Positions 53,467-64,000 of a DNA stretch of 64,000 bases are shown here, piece by piece. How positions within the stretch are numbered: position 1 is the first letter of the stretch; every line of letters starts with the position of its first letter. The notes under the pieces are model-generated. The model saw only the letters and a list, made by a program, of their open reading frames with translations. It made no database searches and was not told the DNA's origin. The stretch comes from Octopus vulgaris (taxonomy: Eukaryota), in NCBI GenBank assembly GCA_951406725.2, contig OX597823.1:99572001-99636000 (forward strand), given 5' to 3'. Position numbers and translations under genes: made by a program.

Positions 53467-55804
53467 ATACACTGGATCTCTGCTTCACAAATAATATGGA
53501 TGTCTCATCCATATATGACACCGACACTACTCTCGGATCACAACATGGTAGAGCTGACCATACGGAGCCAAAAGAGAGCACGGACATGCAGCCTACAAGA
53601 AACCCTCAGAATCTTTCCAGCTTGAACTTCAATAAGGCAAACTGGAAACAAATTGAGAAAGAGATCCTCAAACAAAACTGGCCTGAATGTCTCTCCTCGC
53701 CGGACATCGACATGATACTTCAACAATTCATGTCTGTAATGCAAGCCATATGCTACAAATGTGTCCCAGAGAGAAAGGCCACTGTACACAAGAACAAAAT
53801 CCCCAGAGAGAGGAAAATTTTAATGAGACGGCGTACAAAAATTTCAAATCGCCTAAACAAACAAATTGAAAGTAGTGAAAAGTCCCGCCTGAAAATAAAA
53901 CTGTTGGAAATTGAAAATTGTCTGCAACTTTCCCATGAGAAGGAAAGAGCAGACAAAGAAGCCTGGGCTATAGACAACATAAAAACTAACCCCAGAGCTT
54001 TCTACAGGTATGCCAAAGAAACGGCTACAGTGCACTGTAGGATAGGGCCACTCCTTGAAAAGGATGGCACACTCACAGGAAAACCAATGAGGGTAAGTGA
54101 AATACTGAATGAACAATTCAAGAGTGTTTTCACTCCACCCCTTGGGCATTTCCAAATCAGCAATCCAACTGACTTCTTTACCACTGCAGATATAGAATCA
54201 GAGGCGGCGACGATAAGTTACATCGAGATAAAGGAAGACGATGTAATAAAGGCTATAGATGAAATGAAAATAGACTCAGCTACTGGCCCCGATGGATTCC
54301 CGGCAATCCTCCTAAAAGTATGTAAGAGAGTCTTAGCAAGACCACTGCAGTCCCTCTTTCAGAGCTTCCTTGCAGCTGGCAAACTTCCAAGGGGACTGAA
54401 GGAAGGTAAAATATGCCCTATTCATAAAGGAGGTAGCAGAGCGGAGGCAAAGAACTACAGACCTATCTCTCTGACCTCACACATCAGCAAGGTCATGGAA
54501 CGAATAGTCAGAAGGAAACTAATCACCTTCCTTGAAGAAAATGACTTGCTGCCTGACACCCAACATGGTTTCCGACCAGGAAGAAGCTGCTTAACTCAGC
54601 TCCTGCAGCACTATGACTGGGTGCTGAAACAACTGCTCAACCACTCAAATGTGGAAGTCATATATCTCGACTTCGCAAAGGCCTTCGATAAAGTCGATCA
54701 CGGAATGATATGTCACAGGTTGCGTGATCTTGGCATAGTTGGAAAACTAGGAGAATGGCTTCACGACTTTCTGAAGAATAGAAGTCAGGTGGTAGTAGCC
54801 AATGGGGCCACTTCCATTAACACGCAAATAATGAGTGGTGTTCCACAGGGCACTGTTTTGGGACCACTACTGTTCATAATGGCCCTCTCAGACATGCCCT
54901 CAGCCACGCAGAGATCCACGATCACAAGTTATGCAGATGATACAAAAGTTTCACAGGCAATACAGAACCCTGAGGACACTAAAAACCTGCAATGTGAGCT
55001 GGACGAAATATACAAGTGGGCTGAAAAGAATAGCATGCAGTTCAATGCTGGAAAGTTTCAAGCTTTATACTATCAGCATGCAAAACTGAATGCAATACCC
55101 AATGAATACACTGGACCCGGAGGGATTGCAATCCCAGAGGCACAATCAGTGCGTGACCTGGGTATTCACATGAGTGATGACGCGACCTTTCATGTACATG
55201 TTGCTAAACTGACAGTGAAATGTAGACGGCTGGCTGGCTGGATTCTTAGAACCTTTAGAACAAGAGAACAAGAAACCATGATGGTCCTCTGGAAGACACT
55301 TGTCCTAAGCCACTTTGACTATTGCTCTCAGCTATGGTCACCATCCAGTGTCAAGTTGATCACAGAACTTGAGGCGATCCAACGAAGCTACACAAAGAAG
55401 ATAGCCTCTATGCAGAATGTAAGCTACTGGGAAAGACTCAAGAGATTAAAATTATACTCCCTGGAGCGTAGGCGGGAAAGATATGCCATAATATACATCT
55501 GGAAGATCCTGGAGGGAAGTGTCCTGAACTTTGGCATCGAGAGTTACACAAATGCCAGAACTGGGCGCCACTGCGTGGTGCCTAGGACTCCAAACCTGCC
55601 ATCAAGATGTAGGACAAGATTCTGTGATAGCCTGGGCTTCCGAGGCCCACAGCTCTTCAATATCCTCCCGAAGAACCTGAGAGACCTGCATGGGGTGGAT
55701 ACAGATGTCTTTAAAATGAAGCTGGATCTCTTCCTGTCTGGTGTCCCAGATGAACCAACTTCACGGCAGGAGGGGCAGATGAGGGCAGCTGCATCGAACT
55801 CTCT
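53465..55804 (+). mobile_element. CR1/L2 (Jockey-group) LINE ORF2, 5'-truncated within the AP endonuclease; RT frame is stop-free up to the gap
   Basis: [99 protein letters not shown]. Confidence 0.97.
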
Positions 55805-55904
55805 NNNNNNNNNNNNNNNNNNNNNNNNNNNNNNNNNNNNNNNNNNNNNNNNNNNNNNNNNNNNNNNNNNNNNNNNNNNNNNNNNNNNNNNNNNNNNNNN
55901 NNNN
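55805..55904. other. Assembly gap (100 N)
   Basis: Run of N. Confidence 1.
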
Positions 55905-57600
55905 AATTCCCTTCTTTAACTAAATATACCTGTGGTCTTCTATAATTCTAAAGTATACATTTTATAAATTTCATAATTTTATAATTTTTATAGCTACATT
56001 TGTATAATAACTAATTGGATGTGTCTAGTATTATTGGTTTCTTGGTTTTTGTATGTGGGTTTTTGTTTGTTTTTTTTAAGAGAAATGCAATATGACATAA
56101 AATAACATATCCATTTTGGTATTTGCCTTGTAATGTGTGATTTTTGAAGTTTTCCAATATTGCATAGTATATTGCAAAGTATATATGTATACTTTGGTTA
56201 GATACCTAGCTCTGGATAATGTAATGATATTGTATAATATGTAATATATGAGAGCCTTTTGTGAGTTTGGTGGGTTTAGGTTGAGATTATGGGTTTTTTG
56301 TATGTGCTGATTTGGAAGGTTTTTATTATATATTTGGTCTTTTTGTACTCACCTTAATTTGTATCTTATGTTATTCACTGATAAACCTTTTTCATTTTTT
56401 TCATTTTCTCATTTACATGCATTTTGCTTTACAATTGTTACCAGCCTCATATATTTAGTTTATATCTATAGTCCTCTGGATCTGTACTTTAAACTATCCT
56501 TCCATACATATTTACTTTCAACAATATAAAATATATATATTCACTTTATTTATTTTTATTTATTTCCCATTTTATTGTAATATTATCAATATTTGCATCT
56601 AGTCTTCTATTTATTTATTTATTTGCCTATTTAAGTGTGAATGTTTACATACATATCAAGTCATTTAATTTGTTACCTATTTATTCTTTACTTATTTACT
56701 TATACTGGTGTAGTTTTATACATACATATCTATCATTTATTTTTATTTATTTTAATAATATATGAATACATATATACTAGTTTGTACTTATAATTATGTG
56801 TATAACCGTATTTATTCCTTCGTATTTATTCCTTTTTACTTATTTTATCTCTTTTCATATTAAGTCTTTATAATATAAAATTTATTTAAAATTTCTGTGA
56901 TGTTCTCATAAGCGTTTACATTAATACTTCCCCCTCTATTTTTTATTGCCTAAACTGATATATTTTGGCACTATATTTATTAAGTTAATAAGTGACTTAT
57001 TTATAATATCTAAATTAATATATTTTATATTTTATATTTTATAATTTAGCGTACTTTAAATCATAACAAACTTACGATAAATCTAACAACCGTATGTTTA
57101 CTCTGCAACAAACCGGTGTTACAAATTTTAAGTTACCCATGAAATAATTATCTGAATTAGTAACATACTGATATTTAAAAATACATTTATATCTTAATTA
57201 AATATTTTATAGAATGCATGGATGGTTCTTTTTTGTTATTGAGGCTCAGTTATAATTTTGAAGGACTTAGTGTTAGCATGGTTGCTTCCCTATTTGTTTA
57301 TCTAAGTGTTAGTTGTTGCTTATGATTATGTATATGTACAAGTGTATGTATATACATATAACTATGTGTGTATGTGCGATTGATCTGTAGATGCGTGTGT
57401 GAATATTGGCGTTCCCTGACTAACCAACCGTATAATTTTCTTTTGTGATTTAAATTTCAAACCAATAGCCAATCGAATTAATCTAAATTTTCTTTACCTA
57501 GTGGTCAGCATTTCTTAACTCATAGTTATTTCGATCTTGGAAGGATGGACTTGGTGATAACTTAACTGTATCTATTTTTATTATTTTTTATTATTATTAC

Positions 57601-57637
<37 letters not shown>

Positions 57638-57982
57638 AGTAATTTTTATTAACTTTTATAGCTTTAGAATTTTATGAACTGTACCACGGATTTAATTATT
57701 ATTATTTTTCATCTCCATATGTGTTAGCCCCTTTTTTTATAAAAAAAACTATTAGCTAAATATGTATGATATCGGTACTTATTAATATTATATATACACT
57801 GTTATATATTTTGTTTTATTTTGTTCTGGTTACCTTCCTTTTTGTACAAATATGTATTATATTATACAAGTGTAGCATTATGATGTATAAGTTTTTATAT
57901 TTTACTTTTTTTTTATATTTTTATATTTATATGTATATGATTATATAATATTTTTCACTATTATAACAAATTTAATTTAATT

Positions 57983-58090
57983 CTCTGAAGAGGCCGTGGG
58001 GCATCTTTGTTAATGCCTCATTTATACCTGCCTTTATGGCTTATAGGTTAAATGAGGTATGACTGTCCTCACTGCCGAAACAGCTGTCAG
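57983..58090 (+). ncRNA. Hammerhead ribozyme with a greatly extended stem II
   Basis: CT-CTGAAGA-GGC...(GCCTCATTTA pairing with TAAATGAGGT)...GCC-GAAA-CAGCTG-TC-AG: palindromic stem III and GUC triplet. Confidence 0.75.
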
Positions 58091-58481
58091 TTTTGATTTA
58101 TTTGCATATTGTATTTGTAATTTTTTACTTATATCTCTTTATCTTTTTACTTTTACTTTTACTTTTACTATTACTGTATATCTCATTTCATTTTATATAT
58201 TGCCTTTACTCCTATGTAATGGTGTATTAAAGTATGGATTGAGTATCATCGGATAGTTGATGCTTTATTGATTTAAGTATGTTTCTCCATTCTCTAATTT
58301 TGTAGTATTAATTTACGGTAATATTATTACCCTTACCCATTTAATACAATAGATGAACTGATTGCTTGACAATTTCTAACATCTATGTATTAATTTTTGT
58401 TGGGTACCTATCTAGCAGTATATTGGATATATATTATCCCATGGTGGGTTGAATTTTCAACCCCTATCTCATTTTATAACC

Positions 58482-59131
<650 letters not shown>

Positions 59132-59139
59132 AAAAAAAA

Positions 59140-59656
59140 AAAAAATCAAATCAAATCAAAACAAATCAAAATAGATGAACATAAATGGAATTTGTATCTT
59201 TGTGGTACCAGTGCCGGTGGCACACAAGAAAATCATCCGAACGTGGCCGTAGCCAGTACCGCATAGACTGGCCTCCGTGCTTTGGGGACGTAACAAATAC
59301 CATCCGATCGTGGCCGTCCGCCAGCCTCATCTGGCACCTGTGTCGGTGGCACATAAAAACACCATCCGAGCGTGGCCGTCTGCCAGCCTCGTCTGGCACC
59401 TGTGTCGGTGGCACATAAAAACACCATCCGAGCGTGGCCGTTCGCCAGCCTCGTCTGGCACCTGTGTCGGTGGCACATAAAATCACCCACTACACTCTCG
59501 GAGTGGTTGGCGTTAGGAAGGGCATCCAGCTGTAGAAACACTGCCAGATCTGACTGGCCTGGTGCAGCCTTCGGGCTCCCCAGACCCCAGTTGAACCGTC
59601 CAACCCATGCTAGCATGGAAAACGGACGCTAAATGATGATGATGATGATGATGATG

Positions 59657-59657
<1 letters not shown>
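59140..59657 (+). mobile_element. RTE 3' UTR-only copy with tandem ~61-bp units
   Basis: Near-identical to 24225-24732, ending in a (GAT)n tail. Confidence 0.92.
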
Positions 59658-61955
<2,298 letters not shown>

Positions 61956-62366
61956 TCTGTGAGGGACCTGGGTATCGACATGAGTGAGGATACCTCTTTC
62001 CAAGTGCACATTACCAGGATCGCGACAAAATGCAGACGACTGGCTGGATGGATCCTAAGAACATTCAGAACCAGAGATAAGGAAGCCATGATGGTCCTCT
62101 GGCGGACATTCGTCCTCAGCCGCCTGGATTACTGCTCACAGCTATGGTCACCCACCAGTGTAAAATTAACAGCGGACCTTGAAGCAATCCAGAGAAGATT
62201 CAGATGGAAGATTGTCTCTTTGCAACAGCTCAGCTACTGTGAAAGGTTGAAACAGCTAAGACTCTACTCCCTGGAGAGAAGACGGGAGAGGTATGAGGGG
62301 CGTTCAATAAGTAATGCCCCTGACCCACTTCCCATAGCAGTAGAGCAATGACACTTGGCACAGTTA

Positions 62367-63450
62367 TTAGTCTTTTCCTACATAGGAACTACCCAGAGTT
62401 ATGCATTTCTCCCATCGTTTGATACAGCTCTGGAGACCATCTTTGTAGAAGACCCCAGCTTGGTCCTCCAACCATGACATGACTTCAGAAATCAAGGCTG
62501 CATCATCTGGGAAACGCTTTCCTTTCAAAATCAACTTCATGGCTGGGAAGAGGTGAAAATCAGAGGGTGCAAGGGGAGGAGTTCATAGCTGCACGCCTGT
62601 GCTTCTGATCTGGCAACACGCGAGTTGTGGACCGGAGCATTGTCCTGCAGGAGGAGGATGCCTTTGCTGATTTTGATAGCTTCTCTTAATTTCCTCAAAA
62701 GTGAAGCATAATAGGCTCCTGTAATTGTGGTACCCTTTGCCAGGAAATCTGTCATCACTACTCTGTCCTGGTCCCAGAAGACTGTGAGCATAACCTTGTC
62801 AGCGGAGGGCTGCACCCTTGCCTTCTTTGGAGGAGGTGAGTCACGGTGCTTTCACTGCATTGACTGGGCTTTGGTCTATGGATCATAGTGATGGACCCAG
62901 GTTTTATCCTGTGTGATCAGTCTTTTGAAAAATTTTGACTCATCTTCTTGGCACATCTCCAAATTAATCCTCGAGCAGTCGACGCATTCTTGCTTCTGAA
63001 AAGGTGTGAGCAACCTGGAAATCCATCTGGCAGACACCTTTTGCATATGCAAATGGTCATGAATGATAGTTTCCACAGACCCGGTACTAATCTTGACCTT
63101 ATGGACTATTTGGCGAATAGTTATGCGTTGACCTTCCAAAATGGCAGCCTCAACTTGACGGACAGACGTCCGGAGTGTGTAACAACTTACCTGCTGAATC
63201 GACCGGCCCCGAAAATGGATGGCGCTGGAGCGAGCAACCGATGCCGGACCGGCAGAAGGGGGCGACCAGATCTGGGAGCTGTTTCCACAGAGTTCCGACT
63301 ATGTTTGAATTCACAATGCCAGCGTTTTACAAGGTCATATGATGGGGCATCATCACCATAAGTTACTTTCATTTCATCAAAAGTCTCCCGTGGTGTGCGT
63401 CCTTTCAAATACAAAAACCAGATCACTGCTCGACACTCAACAGGCTCCAT
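62367..63450 (-). pseudogene. Mariner transposase pseudogene
   Basis: MEPVECRAVI...RSGRP | SVRQVEAAIL...KVSARWISRLL...ITQDKTWVHHYDP...LLQDNAPVH...LAPSDFHLFP...RWEKCI. HPPYSPD is deleted, and there are stops/frameshifts and an rRNA insert. Confidence 0.92.
63172..63250 (+). rRNA. 28S (LSU) rRNA fragment, non-functional, inserted in the mariner
   Basis: GGAGTGTGTAACAACTTACCTGCTGAATCGACCGGCCCCGAAAATGGATGGCGCTGGAGCG matches the conserved eukaryotic LSU segment GGAGTGTGTAACAACTCACCTGCCGAATCAACTAGCCCTGAAAATGGATGGCGCT (recalled from memory). Confidence 0.88.
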
Positions 63451-64000
63451 TTCACACTTGACTCAGTTCAAACACCTGTAAATCAGAAACCACAATTAGT
63501 TCAGAGCTGTAATTCGCCACTTAATCTATAGAGGTATAAATAAGTGCACATGCAAAATTTCAGCTAGATCAAAAAACTGCAAGTGGGTCAGGGGCATTAC
63601 TTATTGAACGCCCCTCGTATGCAGTAATATATGTCTGGAAGATCCTGGAAGGAATTGTGCCAAATTTTGGCATTGTAAGCTACACCAATGCTAGAACAGG
63701 ACGACACTGCATAGTGCCAAAGATCCCAGGAATGCCATCACGCTTCAGGACCAGTTACTGCAACAGCCTGGGTTTCAAGGGCCCACAGCTTTTTAATATT
63801 CTCCCAAAGAGTCTGAGGAACTTGCACAAAGTAGATGTAGTGGTTTTTAAATCAAAGCTGGACATCTTCCTGTCGAGAGTCCCAGATGTTTGGAGATGTG
63901 TATGTATATGATTATGTGTATAAGTATGTGATCGTCAACGTATATTTTACATAGGTATGTTTCTATGTTGATGCCTCGAGAATAAATATGAGTATATGTG

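Larger units (their letters stand above)
62294..63617 (-). mobile_element. Full-length mariner with 37-bp TIRs and a TA TSD
   Basis: TIRs 62294-62330 and 63581-63617 match at 36 of 37 positions. TA at 62292-62293 and 63618-63619. Confidence 0.97.
61956..63888 (+). mobile_element. CR1/L2-type LINE fragment split by a mariner (61956-62293 and 63618-63888)
   Basis: Removing the mariner and one TA restores [11 protein letters not shown]|AVIYVWKILEG, colinear with [18 protein letters not shown] in the 53465 copy. Confidence 0.95.

Overview
AT-rich eukaryotic (animal) genomic DNA dominated by transposable elements and microsatellites, with one 100-N assembly gap. The repeat families look like those of octopus/cephalopod genomes; this is inferred from remembered SINE/LINE sequences, not from a search. 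No complete host protein-coding gene is visible. A TE-poor, CpG-richer block at ~43.6-48.4 kb has + strand splice signals and is probably a promoter/5' leader. Elements present: RTE-type LINEs with a PHD-like finger inside the RT, CR1/L2-type LINEs (one with a ~780-codon stop-free frame), R4/Dong-type RLE LINEs in (TAA)n, Penelope-like elements, three mariners, a hAT-type MITE, a Helitron and several tRNA-SINE families. Highlights: (1) five minimal hammerhead ribozyme motifs plus a decayed sixth, two of them followed by a covarying downstream hairpin; (2) a three-level nest in which a 28S rRNA fragment sits inside a mariner that sits inside a LINE; (3) a shared RTE 5'-truncation point and strong (TA)n targeting; (4) a possible pseudoknot overlapping a uORF in the putative host leader. 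The long Y/I/H/T/C/V-rich ORFs in the track are microsatellite artefacts.
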